In this document: in pieces, positions 1-14,433 of the stretch | Layout: each line of letters starts with the position of its first letter | Numbering within the stretch: position 1 is the stretch's first letter | NCBI GenBank assembly: GCA_964016885.1 | Contig: OZ024742.1 | Coordinates: 116,374,001 to 116,438,000 of the forward strand | Reading direction: 5' to 3' | DNA length: 64,000 bases | DNA from: Eledone cirrhosa | Taxonomy: Eukaryota | The notes under the pieces: model-generated | What the model saw: only the letters and a program-made list of their open reading frames with translations | Databases searched by the model: none | What the model was told of the DNA's origin: nothing | Translations under genes and position numbers: made by a program

Positions 1-3000
1 CAACATGATCGGAGTTATGCTTCTATATACCCTGTTAAATATGTTTTGAAAGATTATATGTGGCAGAATACTCGCAGAAAGCCTGATTTGATTCCAACCA
101 AGGATAACGTGTCTATATTAAATCACAATAACTTATAATTAGTTTTAAATTACATATCAACATGCTACTGCATTTCATATTAAAGCTTTATATCGATTTC
201 AGCCTAAATTTTGATAGTCTTTGCGGAGCCGTTTTATGAAGAATCATAGAATATTATTATGGTATCTCATAAAAGACCAGTAATATCAGTAAATATCTAT
301 ATTGTGTTGAGTCTGCAATGAAAATAAATTTGAAATGAGTCGTTCTTAATAGAAATCGAGAGGAAATGGAGATGCATTCGTGTCACCACATTACATCCGG
401 TTTGGCTATTAATGTTTTTTAGGAAGTAATGAAAGGCAGTTTAGAATATATGGATACGATTTGAAGCACGTCTACTCCAACTCTATTCCCATCATAGTCC
501 AATCTTTTCACAATTTAGTTTTTGTTCTGGTCTATTCTTTCCTTAGCTTAGGTACATTTCATTATATTTTTTTTGTTCAACGGAGCCTTTACTTGATCTA
601 GCCTTTCATCGACTTAAATCTTTCCCCATTTGTCATTCCTCGGTCTGTTCTCTGTTGTGTTCAGGTTTTCTTCAATGTAGTCATTTCCCTGTCTAATCTT
701 TCCTCAGTCTAAACATTTTTCTGTCTGTGGTTTTAACACACAAATGAAAAAGAATGCGGTGTTTAAATAGCACAATGGAATTTATTTCTTAATTGTGAAT
801 TAGTGATCTCCTGTTTCAAAGAATGCCTGTGAATTGCATTCCTCTTCGGCCATTTGCCTTTAAAAGTCGTTCTTGGAAATATTTACATCATCTCTATACT
901 CAATTGTATAGTTTCAATTAAACTCACATTTAAATTAACATTCCTTATTGTAACATTAATTAGAAAAGTGCGACAATCAGCTTCACTTGTGAAAGAATCG
1001 ATTTACAAATATTCTACAGCACCTTTCAACAAATTGCGTATAGAACAATACAATTTATCTCAAAAATTATTAAAACTCTTGTTTCACTTGTCATTCTGTA
1101 TCAGTTTTAATTTTGGATTAAATTATCCGACTCACCAGACTATAATTTCGTCTTTCTAGTCTTTCGCCAGCTTACTCATACTTTGGTCTAGTCTTATATG
1201 TAGTTTCTGTAAGTGCTGCTTTGCGCTATTCTTCGATTGACTGATTCTTGCTTGAAGTTATCTTGAAGTTATCTTTCCGCAACCTAGGCCTTCCTAGCTT
1301 CTTCTCCGCTTAGACCTAACTGTACTACTTTCCTTTGTCTAAAATCTGGAAAATCATGTAACTATAATACATAAATGTGAGGTAGAGGCAATAAAAAAAT
1401 ATACATAGAAAACTTTATAAACGATAGGAACAGCGGCAAACGGATTAAACCTTCAACACCATTGACAAAATAAACTCCTCTGAACCTGCACTTCCTTCAT
1501 TTCAAATGTTTGGTCAAGCTTGATTCGTGATTCGGACAACCGGGGAAATTTAAAATTTTTTTTTTAGTTTTTGGAGAAATAAAAAGCTGATGTTGCTTTT
1601 GAAATCGTTTATCACCAGGTCAACGCTAATGGAGTTGAGTTATTATCGAAAGCATTCCAGCCGTGATTATCTTGTCTTTTTAAACACTATCAATTAATAC
1701 TTTTCTTGGATGGTTTCCAAGTAAATAAATGTAATACTGAATGACATCTCTTGACTCTGATTATAGTACATGTTATGGTTGTTGATAATGGTTTTGTTTA
1801 CCCGGTAGTTAATCATGGTAGATTGAACCTATGATATCAGGTGTTCTAGCTGTTATCAACACCATCCTGGCTTAAGATTACAATATATCTGCGACTACGT
1901 CATCCTGATGCTGAAGACAAACATTTATTTCCACTCATTTTAAAGAAGAGATTGTAATTTCAGGAAGATATATACTGGATTCAGCTATTTCCTACAGGTC
2001 AAGCCACAAAGCAGTGGGTCCCTTGGGGAGATTCAATGTCATGGTCTTTTTCACTTCTCTATTCCCAAAGTTTATTGATTTCAATACTTTCATAATAACT
2101 TTTACACACTTACACAATACGGTACACCTTCTATACTATTAAAATCTATAGATTAATAAATATGAAAATCTCTATATTATATACCGCCACATGATACCAT
2201 TCATCTTCTATATTGCGCACACAGTAACACACGAATACTTACATAGCCATTTTTCAATTTTGCATCTGTGTTTTTTTCTTTTTGTTATACTACGTTTTCT
2301 TCAGAAATATTTAACACGCTACCTTTTTAAGGGTATCTCAAACTCGTCAAAGCACGTGATGATCATGTCATGTCATGATCGCTCTTACAATCTGGGAAGA
2401 TGGTCAAAATTGGGCCATTAAAGTAGTGCTTTTGTTCAGTGTATGAACATAAATAATATATATATATATGTGTGTGTGTGTGAGTGTAAGTATGTATGTG
2501 TATGCATACATATACCAATGATGGTATATTTGTGTGCACCTTGGTACTATATTTTGTAAAATATACGTTTGGAAATGAAACTTGCTATCGCCACTACGGG
2601 CTAAAGAGAACAAAACATCTAATGCTTACCTGTCAAACCTTTCAAACTTTGCTTCACGTGAACCGATAAGTGAAGTCAGTAACAGCTGATACACATATCA
2701 CATATCACATATTGATTCCTTTGACACTTAACTGGTAATATTTGTTTAGAGACTTAGCTAGCTCTAATAAAATTACGATGTATAATCAATAACAAAATGC
2801 CTTATCCTGATATGATGTATACGAAAATGATGTATTTTGCATATTTCACCGAAATTTATTTTCTCTAAAATCTATTATTTATAATAAATAAGCGGTGAAA
2901 TAACAAAGTCGTTCGAGCGTTAGATTATAATGCTTCGCGTATTTGTTCTAGATGTCTGCGTTTTAATTTCACATCTCTGTGATGTCAACTTTGCTTTCAT

Positions 3001-3202
3001 TCTTTCTGGTTCGATAAATTAAGTAACAGTCCTTAGACAATAGATTCACGGAATTGTAAATATGCCGTGATGCATTGCAGAGTTTCCATCGACCCTTCGG
3101 GGAATCATCAGTGTCAGGAAGTGTTATTTGATATCGGAACGCACAGAGATAAAACATACTCCACAAAATAGTATATCATTTCCACTAATCTTCTACCTTC
3201 TC

Positions 3203-3384
3203 TATTGGGCAATATTGGTGACGTGAAGAGGGGAGACTACTGGTCTTTCAAAGAGTATCTTCACTTCACTTTTGTTTCTTTTTCTATTCTGTGGGTTTTT
3301 ATAACCCCAATTATTGGGCTAATTTATTTAGCCAAAAATACAACAGAGACACTATTACACTATCTAATTTATTTATACAAACTT

Positions 3385-3419
<35 letters not shown>

Positions 3420-3698
3420 AAATTTCAGGTTATCAATAATGTAGTGATAATATATCGTTACGTTAGAGATGAACAGCGTACGTGCAGGTTTGCTCAACGA
3501 GTATAAATTATATTCCGGAGAAATGTAGAAAGGATAGATAGTGTAATAGTGTCTCTGTTGTATTTTTGGCTAAATAAATTAGCCCAATAATTGGGGTTAT
3601 AAAAACCCACAGAATAGAAAAAGAAACAAAAGTGAAGTCAAGATACTCTTTGAAAGACCAGTAGTCTCCCCTCTTCACGTCACCAATATTGCCCAATA
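3203..3698. repeat. Inverted repeat, 164-bp arms (3203-3366 / 3535-3698) around a CA/TA-containing spacer
   Basis: TATTGGGCAATATTGGTGACG... is matched by ...CGTCACCAATATTGCCCAATA; about 1 mismatch seen across the arms. Confidence 0.9.
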
Positions 3699-3722
3699 TT
3701 ATATTCATTTTATATTCATCCT

Positions 3723-4617
<895 letters not shown>

Positions 4618-6044
4618 ATATATATAATGCTATTAATATTTTCATTATAGAACGTCACAAGAGTTTAAAGTGAAATTCTTTACAATTAAAAGAACAAATC
4701 AAATTCAATTTCTACCTGCTATTATGTATCCCACTTCGAATTCTTTCATTCGAATTTGACTTCTCGTACTTTCCACAATATAAGATACTCACAACATCTC
4801 ATTGCATATCTGCCTCTAAATGTAAAGCATTATGAAACGTTATTTCTTAAGGTCGGACACTGATACGTTTTCAGTTAACGGTACTATGTTTTAAGGACTA
4901 GTTAAACACTTTATAGGGCCCATGTTTCCTGACTATCTTCTACCACTTGAAAATCCATGCCTATAACGAAAACGCGTTTAGACCACGTATGGAAACTTGT
5001 AAATGTATCGCTGTTGAAGAAATGTTTGTAAGGACCCGTTTCTTTGTCCGGATAAATCAAACGTATTTAGAATATATTATGGCAAATTGTAATTTTCATT
5101 AAGCTAGCTAATGAAATCATTGATATTTGGATATTCAATTTCAGATATTCATATCTTTTTAGCCAGCTATAGGTTACAAAATACTTAACTAATTTGAAGT
5201 GTCGGGTATTTTGTTTGATTTCTGAGTCAGTTTTTATATGAAATGAGACGTGAGATAGTTTATGTGATATTAGGTATATGATCTGATTTACATCAGTATT
5301 GATGAGGATATGATATGACATCTGCTGCGGCAGATGGTAAAACGTCCAGTTGTATTTAACACCGATACTGACTGAATGTAAATAAGCTTATGGAAAACGA
5401 TTAACTTTCTCAAATATATTGTTTTATAAACGTTCTTAGTACTGATAAGTGTGGGCATAGATGCGCCATATGTTGTACTTACACTCAAAGTTGTTCTATC
5501 AAAGACTTGTTTTGAAATAGATTATGAACGAGGGTAAAGAAAAAAGAAACCGATCGTCAGACTGGGCCAATGAATATACGTTTTTATTGCTGATATTGCC
5601 GCTCGAAATACCTGGCAGAACATCCACACCTCCCAAGGGAATGGCTTTTGAACACAGAATGCATAGTCAGAACAGATACCACAAAACATCTCGTTCGACG
5701 CTTTAGCAATTAAGTCACTTCACCACCTATAGTCTGATGTGTTTTATTTATCGATCCCGAATGATTGAAAGGCAATGTTGATCTCGGTGGAATTTGAGCT
5801 CATAACGCTGAAAGCCTGAACAAATTCCTTGGCATTCAGATCGACGCTCTATCGACTCTGCTAATTTGCCTTCTGAGAAAGTATACCTTATATATTGTAA
5901 ATATAAATGTAAACATGTATCGACTTGATCAATGCTTCGTGCGTGAAGTTCGGTAGCAGGAAGTTGTACGACATTTCGTTGGATATTTAACACACACACA
6001 TATATATATACATACCCCCGCTACACACACACACATACACGCAT

Positions 6045-6101
<57 letters not shown>

Positions 6102-6229
6102 AAAGTTTTATTTAAAATTGTAGGGTTACAACGAGTAAATATTTTATAACTGATATAAAAGCACTCAACAGGTTTTGGAGTAGGTTTACGATATTAAACA
6201 AATGGAAACTATATTTATAAAACCATATT

Positions 6230-6295
6230 TATTTCATTATATATATTTCAGGGATACCATATTAAAAATATGGTATGCCTTCCTCAGACAAAATA
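6230..6295 (-). ncRNA. Type I hammerhead ribozyme (family A), left arm
   Basis: Reverse complement of the 9931-9996 motif. Confidence 0.75.
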
Positions 6296-7796
6296 CAATA
6301 TATAAACCGTTTTATAAATAAATTTGACATACCTAGAACAGTGCAACTTCCATTTAAAAAGTTGATTTGGTAGTGAAAATGTTGAGGACAGTTAAAAAGA
6401 AGGACGAAGAGAAAAAAAGAAAAAAAGAAGAAAAAAGAAGAGAAGAAGAAAGAAAGTGTATAGCGCTAAGGAAAGTTAGAGAAGAAGATGAAGAGATGTA
6501 TGCAAAGAAAGCAACAGAGCGAGATAGAGAGAAAGAGATATGGGAGAGAGAAATATATTGAGGGAGTGAAAAATGATAGGCAGCTTGGAGACAGATGATC
6601 AGCGTACAAATGAGATATTAAGGAGGGAAGGGGGTACTGTAATTATTTATTTATTTATTTATTTAGTTATAGTGTTAAGGATACGGAGAGAAATATGATA
6701 AATAAAGAGAGGTAGAGAGAGATATATGTGGTGGGAGAAAAGATGTAGATCGAGTAATATCTATCATACGAGGTGGGAGAGATACAGTTAAAAAACAGCC
6801 GATATATAAGTCCCGTCAAGTATAGAGGAGAAAAAGAAAGAAAGATGATATATTTAAAATATATTTAAAATATTATGTCTCGTCGATTTGAATTATCAAT
6901 TCATATGAATTAGGTATTACAATGTAGATAACAATATTCATAAATGAGACACATATCAATAATGTGTGAAAAAAATGAAAAAATAATGACCCCATGTTTA
7001 GTTTAAAAATTCTTAGGTTTATAAGCAAAATCTGAGATAAAGCTTCAAAAATACTGAAATACATAAGTATATATGTATTTTCATGAAAAAAGAAAAAGAG
7101 AAAAGAGAAGGTTATCTCAAATTCAAGTTGACAATTATGGACACACATGTGAATTTACGTGATCGGCTCTGTAAAATCATATTTTCATGAAAAGCTTCAT
7201 TACGTTACAAAAGATTCCACCATACATATATGTACATACATATATATATAGACATAAAATGTACATTAATATTAATAATAATACTCTTGCCCTCACTTAC
7301 ATGATTATCGTTCAAGCATAGAATAGACAACAGATATCAATATATTAAAAATATATTAAAAAAATATACTAAAAAAATATATTAAAAACGCCAAGAATAT
7401 CTTCGTCAATCCACAGAGTAACTAGGGACGCAATAAAACATAGTATGCCACGCATATCAACCACAGAAAACCACTCTTCAAATTTATTTGACAATATATT
7501 GTCAAGTTCATTAGAAGCAATCATAATCAAAAGCAAACTAAACCAAAATTATTCAACAAACCTTATTTAGCAGAAATCATTCAAAAAAAATGTATTCTAC
7601 AAATGCTCTTATATTTATTATAGAAGTTTATCTAGCTTAAAAATGTATTCAATAGATTGGGAACATCACCATTATAGGGTACTTTAATTAATCTTATTAA
7701 TTTATATACTCATGCAGAAGGTTTTTAAAAAAATTGAAGGAATCGAAAGATTTATCGGCAAGTTTCATAAATAGTTAAATATCTTAAGTAAATATA

Positions 7797-8870
7797 CTAC
7801 ATTTTAAATTCATATTTATATTTGAAAGTTGAGTTCAATCTATGTCTGCAGCAGCTGAATAAATCGGTCCGTAAATTAAGGGAATTTTTAGATTTTAGTA
7901 TAAAGAATATCTCCTCCGCGCAGAGGTCACATGTCTCAGAAGAGGAATTAAAAGGAATCCCTTTTGAGACTATATTCCAAACCATCGAATATCCAACGTT
8001 ATCATGTTTAAGTTGCCAGAGTAAACCTGATAGTGATGTTGAAGATTCTTTACTTGGATCCGTGAAAGAATTCTTGTGATTATTATAGCGAAGTTTAAAT
8101 TCTGTCGAGGTGGAACCAACATAATTAAAAGAATTTAAGTCAGTTTTAACATTACAGTTGTATATTATATTTTTAACTAAGCAATTGTTATTTAGCGGAC
8201 ATTTAGATCTATCTCTACAGTTACAGTTGTTTACTTGAATATTGTTTAGGCTATTTTAGGTATTTTGGCTAGGTTTTAGATTCCTATTATTTATTCTATT
8301 AATATTTTGTGCTAAATTTTTGGTGGACGAGTATGTTAATTTTATGGTATGTCTATTGAAAATTGAGTGATACTTATGTGTTCTAGGGAAGCGTTTGTCA
8401 AGAGCATTAAAAAATAGTTTAGCGATGTGGGTTTTAATGTTTAGTGAGAAAGGGGGGGGGGCAAACCATATTATATTTCTAGTTCTATTTCTTTTCTGGT
8501 TTTTGGAATCATTGTAATGCTTTCTATTATAGTTGTTAAAGTTGTTACTGTGATTAAAATTGTTGTTATTTCGGTTAGTTTGTCTATTATCGATGTACAT
8601 AAATTTATCAGTATATCCTGCTCTAGCTAACGCATCATTGTAATACTGGGCTTTTTCGTCGAAAATATTTTTATTAGATGAGATTCTAGAGATAAGGTTT
8701 GTTGAATAATTTTGGTTTAGTTTGCTTTTGATTATGATTGCTTCTAATGAACTTGACAATATATTGTCAAATAAATTTGAAGGGTGGTTTTCTGTGGTTG
8801 ATATGCGTGGCATACTATGTTTTATTGCGTCCCTAGTTACTCTGTGGAGTGACGAAGATATTCTTGGCAT
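7797..8870 (-). pseudogene. PLE ORF C-terminus (linker plus GIY-YIG endonuclease), one in-frame stop at 8256-8258
   Basis: ORFs 8256-8870 and 7797-7985 share a frame; read-through gives RNIIWFAPPPFS...CNCRDRSKCPLNNNCLVKNIIYNCNV...YVGSTSTEFKLRYNNH...CDLCAEEIFFI...LNLRTDLFSCCRH (IIY/YVG/R/H/E/N GIY-YIG pattern with Cys clusters). Confidence 0.85.
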
Positions 8871-9930
8871 TTTTAATATATTTTTTTAGTATATTTTTTT
8901 AATATATTTTTAATATATTGATATCTGTTGTCTATTCTATGCTTGAACGATAATCATGTAAGTGAGGGCAAGAGTATTATTATTAATATTAATGTACATT
9001 TTATGTCTATATATATATGTATGTACATATATGTATGGTGGAATCTTTTGTAACGCAATGAAGCTTTTCATGAAAATATGATTTTACAGAGCCGATCACG
9101 TAAATTCACATGTGTGTCCATAATTGTCAACTTGAATTTGAGATAACCTTCTCTTTTCTCTTTTTCTTTTTTCATGAAAATACATATATACTTATGTATT
9201 TCAGTATTTTTGAAGTTTTATCTCAGATTTTGCTTATAAACCTAAGAATTTTTAAACTAAACATGGGGTCATTATTTTTTCATTTTTTTTCACACATTAT
9301 TGATATGTGTCTCATTCATGAATATTGATATCTACATTGTAATACCTAATTCATATGAATTGATAATTCAAATCGACGAGACATAATATTTTAAATATAT
9401 TTTAAATATATCATCTTTCTTTCTTTTTCTCCTCTACACTTGACGGGACTTATATATCGGCTGTTTTTTAACTGTATCTCTCCCACCTCGTATGATAGAT
9501 ATTACTCGATCTACCTCTTTTCTCCCACCACATATATCTCTCTCTACCTCTCTTTATTTATTCATATTTCTCTCCGTATCCTTAACACTATAACTAAATA
9601 AATAAATAAATAAATAATTACAGTACCCCCTTCCCTCCTTAATATCTCATTTGTACGCTGATCATCTGTCTCCAAGCTGCCTATCATTTTTCACTCCCTC
9701 AATATATTTCTCTCTCCCATATCTCTTTCTCTCTATCTCGCTCTGTTGCTTTCTTTGCATACATCTCTTCATCTTCTTCTCTTCTTTTTTCTTCTTTTTT
9801 TCTTTTTTTCTTTTTTTCTCTTCGTCCTTTTTAACTGTCCTCAACATTTTCACTACCAAATCAACTTTTTAAATGGAAGGTGCACTGTTCTAGGTATGTG
9901 AAATTTATTTATAAAACGGTTTATATATTG

Positions 9931-9996
9931 TATTTTGTCTGAGGAAGGCATACCATATTTTTAATATGGTATCCCTGAAATATATATAATGAAATA
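9931..9996 (+). ncRNA. Type I hammerhead ribozyme (family A), right arm
   Basis: TATTTTGT-CTGAGGA-AGGCATACCATATT(ttt)AATATGGTATCCCT-GAAA-TATATA-TA-ATGAAATA: 8-bp helix I with 2 G-U pairs, long helix II, palindromic helix III. Confidence 0.75.
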
Positions 9997-10036
9997 AATA
10001 TGGTTTTATAAATATAGTTTCCATTTGTTTAATATC

Positions 10037-10092
<56 letters not shown>

Positions 10093-10399
10093 TGGCTGTC
10101 AACTCGTTTTCGAGTACGGCCACTACTTTATATCCATGTAGGAGAACCCCTACCGATGCGCTAAACAAGTGTGACTTTTTAGTCCAACCAGCGACTTGAA
10201 AACTTTGGTACAAAGACTACACCTGTGACAATTATTGACATATAGTGCTGGGCCCATATATATATATGTATTTGTACACATATATATATATATATGTGTG
10301 TGTGTGTATGTGTGTGTGTATTTGTGTATGTTTGTGTATTTATGTATGTATTCATATGTGTGTCTGTGTGTGTCTTTATTTATGATTTCTGTTTATATC

Positions 10400-10540
10400 C
10401 CGTAAATTAGTTGTTGAACAAATAGGGAGCGATAAAATTAAAGTGCCTAAAAATTATTCACTGGGGTTGATATGATCGAGTAAACCCATTCAGGACGGGA
10501 CCCATACATTGCCGCTGTCTATTGACTGTAACCAGTAAAG
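10400..10540 (+). mobile_element. Old SINE 3' fragment
   Basis: GATAAAAT...GGGGTTGAT...GACTGTAACCAGTAAAG; the tail resembles the LINE 3' end at 14434-14497 (-). Confidence 0.5.
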
Positions 10541-11847
10541 TATTATAAGAAATACCAAGGAATATGTTTAAATAGAAATATAGCAAAATAATGAAACACA
10601 GAGAATGACAGATCTACCAAATCACTAAAGCTTGCATTACATGAAACAGTAATCTAATCTCTTGGCACCCTATATACAAAAGACGAAATTGTGTATTTAA
10701 CAAGATGCATACTGTGGAAAATTTATTTAATTTTATCACCTTGTGTGTGTTGAATATCTTCTTGAAATGCTAATAGACTCGCTTTGTGTTAGAATATTCT
10801 GTATCTGTCATATTTTATTTAATATTGGTACTGTAAAAGACAGAGAAAGATGTATGTGTGGAAGTGTGCATGAATGTATACAGATTGAGAAAGCAGCCAT
10901 GTTAGTTGTATTGGAAATGTCATAGTATAATGTCAAACCAAAGAAATTAGAAAGTTGTAGTCTTTTCACTATTATACATATGCTGTTTAATAACTGAACA
11001 GACAATTTAGCCGTATTGCTAACTGTTACTATTCAAAACTTAGTCGAGGGAAAATAAAACGCACAAATACTACTCAACTACTGAGAAAATTCTTTATGCA
11101 ATTCTTATATTTCAACTTAAGTATCCCTTACATTATATGCATATTATAGATTTGCTATAGTGACAAAGGGTTGTGTAACTAGTGGTTATCAGGGTATTCT
11201 TGCTAGTAACATACTGATTTATATAAATCAATGAATCATATACAATCGTATTGAGCTATTATTCATTGATGGGAAAAGTGTAATCGTATAATAAAGATTG
11301 GTGGTTACGTTAAATCCCATAGGCTTTACAATGTTACAGTATATACTAGATTCAGTAGCCCACCTCCACCGAAAATTGATTACAAATGCAAAAAAGAAAT
11401 ATATACGTATTGAATAAGATTGTTTTCAATAAATTATGCCCGAAAAGAAAAAGAGAGAATGGTCATAGACAGAAGGCATTTATTTAAGATCTCAATACAT
11501 AAAAGGTACGACCGACATCAGTGCTGTACAATCTCTGAGACGTCATAATATAGATTCGCTCCCTAAATACCTTTAATGCAGTTTGTTTGACTGTTATCGA
11601 TGCCCTGTATTAAATAGGTTATCATAATAATTGCTAACATTAGCATAGTTCGTAGTGTATGTGTATAATGGAGGGTACAATCTATTACATCTACTAAATT
11701 CTGCAAGATTAGAAGGCGTGAATGACCTCAACATGATTTGAACACAAGAAGGGGTTTTTATAAAGGTACTTCAATATTTAATCTTCTAAAGCAATGTTTT
11801 AACGATTCTGCCAACACAACGCCTTCTATTAGAATATTATAGTAAAA

Positions 11848-12032
11848 GGGCGGTGGATTAGCAGTATCGGTAGAGTGTCGGACGCCATGCTTTCTAGCAT
11901 AGTTACGTTCCTTTGCAGTCTGAGTTCAAATCCCGCCGAGGTTAACTTTGCCTTTCATCCTTACGGGGTCGATAAAATAAAGTACTAGTAATGTACTGCG
12001 TAACTGATGGCCTTGTGCCAAAAGTAGAAACA
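11848..12032 (+). mobile_element. tRNA-derived SINE with 12-bp TSD ATTATAGTAAAA
   Basis: A-box-like TAGCAGTATCGG, B-box GAGTTCAAATCC, core CTTTCATCCTTACGGGGTCGATAAAAT; TSD at 11836-11847 and 12033-12044. Confidence 0.9.
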
Positions 12033-12283
12033 ATTATAGTAAAATGATGTTTCATAGTCGATGTCATTAAAAGAAAATTTTGGAAAGAGAGAAGATAAAG
12101 CGACGGACAATAAATTATTTTAACTCTACTTCTATGATGTGTAAATATTGAAACATAGATAAAGAAATGAGGCCGAGAAAGAGATTAAATACAACTTCAT
12201 AAAACAGCGTATAAAAGTCTATTTAAACAATTTCTATTTACTTAATGCAGTGTTTCGAAGATAATCAGGCTATGCGAATGGGA

Positions 12284-12319
<36 letters not shown>

Positions 12320-12494
12320 GTATTTACGTATCGAGAAAGAGAAAAAAAGGGGAGATAGGTGATACATATAGTTATTTGCCAAGTAGCGTATGCCAAAGGT
12401 GCTCGATACTAGTGCCGGCAGTATTAAATATTCGAAGTGTTAATATTTAGTGGGCCAGAGAGTTAGCAGAGCGTAAGCACGGGGGAAAGTTAAT

Positions 12495-12562
12495 AATCGG
12501 AGAATAGACCGTTAAAACATGTTTATTTAAAACAGCATGTTTTAACGGTCTATTCTCCGATT
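12495..12562. repeat. Hairpin with 27-bp perfect arms at the end of a TA-embedded insert (~12315-12577)
   Basis: AATCGGAGAATAGACCGTTAAAACATG ... CATGTTTTAACGGTCTATTCTCCGATT. Confidence 0.8.
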
Positions 12563-12576
12563 TTTTACTCTCCCAC

Positions 12577-12626
<50 letters not shown>

Positions 12627-12640
12627 CATTAATTTCTGTA

Positions 12641-12742
<102 letters not shown>

Positions 12743-12824
12743 CATATACATTAATTTCTGTATGCATATCTTCAAGCCTACAAACAAAGACACACACACA
12801 CAAACACATACACACATATATACA

Positions 12825-12895
<71 letters not shown>

Positions 12896-12909
12896 TACAG
12901 AAATGAATG

Positions 12910-12960
<51 letters not shown>

Positions 12961-12972
12961 TTAATATAGATG

Positions 12973-13023
12973 AGATTCTACAGGACCAGAACTGTTTCAC
13001 TCATTAGAAATCATCAGGAATCT
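12973..13023 (-). ncRNA. Type I hammerhead ribozyme (family B)
   Basis: Reverse complement of 13043-13093. Confidence 0.7.
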
Positions 13024-13042
13024 ATTTATTTTTTTGATACCC

Positions 13043-13093
13043 AGATTCCTGATGATTTCTAATGAGTGAAACAGTTCTGGTCCTGTAGAATCT
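13043..13093 (+). ncRNA. Type I hammerhead ribozyme (family B)
   Basis: AGATTC-CTGATGA-T-TTC(taat)GAG-T-GAAA-CAG(ttctggtc)CTG-TA-GAATCT: 6-bp helix I, GUA cleavage triplet. Confidence 0.7.
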
Positions 13094-13175
13094 CATCTAT
13101 ATTAAAACTGTTATACTCTGCTATGTATTGAGTACCTTACTTACTGTGGTTACCTCCGATTCAACCCAGAATAAC

Positions 13176-13289
<114 letters not shown>

Positions 13290-13408
13290 TGTATATATGT
13301 GTGTATGTGTTTGTGTGTGTGTGTCTTTGTTTGTAGGCTTGAAGATATGCATACAGAAGTTAATGTATATGTGTGTGTATGCTATTATATATTATACAGA
13401 TATATATA

Positions 13409-13595
13409 AGCGGTGGTGGATTGGCAGTATCGGTAGAGGGTCGGACGCCATGCTTTCCAGCATAGTTACGTCCCTTTACGATCTGAGTTCAAATCCCGCC
13501 GAGGTTGACTTTGCCTTTCATCCTTACGGGGTCGATAAAATAAAGTACCAGTAATGCACTGGGTAATTGCTGGCCTTGTGCCTAAAGTAGAAACA
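13409..13595 (+). mobile_element. tRNA-derived SINE with 25-bp TSD
   Basis: Same family as 11848; ATTATATATTATACAGATATATATA at 13384-13408 and 13596-13620. Confidence 0.9.
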
Positions 13596-13611
13596 ATTAT
13601 ATATTATACAG

Positions 13612-13649
<38 letters not shown>

Positions 13650-14245
13650 AAATATTATATATATATAAATATATATATATATACATATACACAAATATTA
13701 TATATATATAAATATAAATATATATATATAGCACGTGGCCTGAATGCCTTTCAGAGTTCATTGTCACGCGCATGTATTGTTTTTTTGGGGGGTAATTCAC
13801 TTCCTCATTTTTTTAATCAGTTCGAGCACTTCTTTCAGAACTGCTGGACTGGCTACCTGACAGATACCTCAGGCTCAGAAAGTGATTATCGTTAAATGCT
13901 GATGTTGGATAGATTATCAATATTAGTATTATTGGGGCACCCACTGATGAATTATAGGAGCCCACTTGAATATATATCTATTGATGGTATACAAGCTATT
14001 ACATAAATTGGTATAATTTCACCCAAATTGTAGGAGTCCAATAATGAAACGAGACGTCCGTCTGGGAAGAGATATATTAGATATGTCTCATTTGAAATAA
14101 TACAGCCAATTTTCCAGGCAATACTTTTAGTTAGCACCCCGAACACATAATTGGGAATATAATCACTTATTTCCTAATGTTTGTTGAGTGAGTTGGAATT
14201 TGGCCGGAGTATCGGTAAAAAGCTTACTCCGATATTGTACTTATA

Positions 14246-14411
<166 letters not shown>

Positions 14412-14433
14412 TGTATATATATATATATATATA

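Larger units (their letters stand above)
6099..10039 (-). mobile_element. Penelope-like retroelement remnant: inverted arms 6187-7566 / 8692-10039 flanking an RT C-terminal/linker region and GIY-YIG endonuclease; 3' tail 6099-6186; (TA)n on both sides
   Basis: Arms are near-identical reverse complements (one ~30-bp indel); PLE-type protein in the loop; a hammerhead near the outer end of each arm. Confidence 0.85.

Noticed and set aside
2630-2695. Possible minus-strand exon (CAG...GTAAG)
   Set aside because: Short, weak pyrimidine tract, no recognisable peptide or partner exons
3217-3275. GTGAAGA...hairpin...AAAG hammerhead-like string
   Set aside because: Lacks both C3 and the G of GAAA; helix I is ambiguous
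7750-7796. Minus-strand CTTAAGA...GAAACTTG just after the PLE stop codon
   Set aside because: Core G5 and the UH site are absent
13945-13985. CTGATGA...GAA-TATATA-TC in a TA-flanked insert
   Set aside because: GAAA incomplete and no helix I
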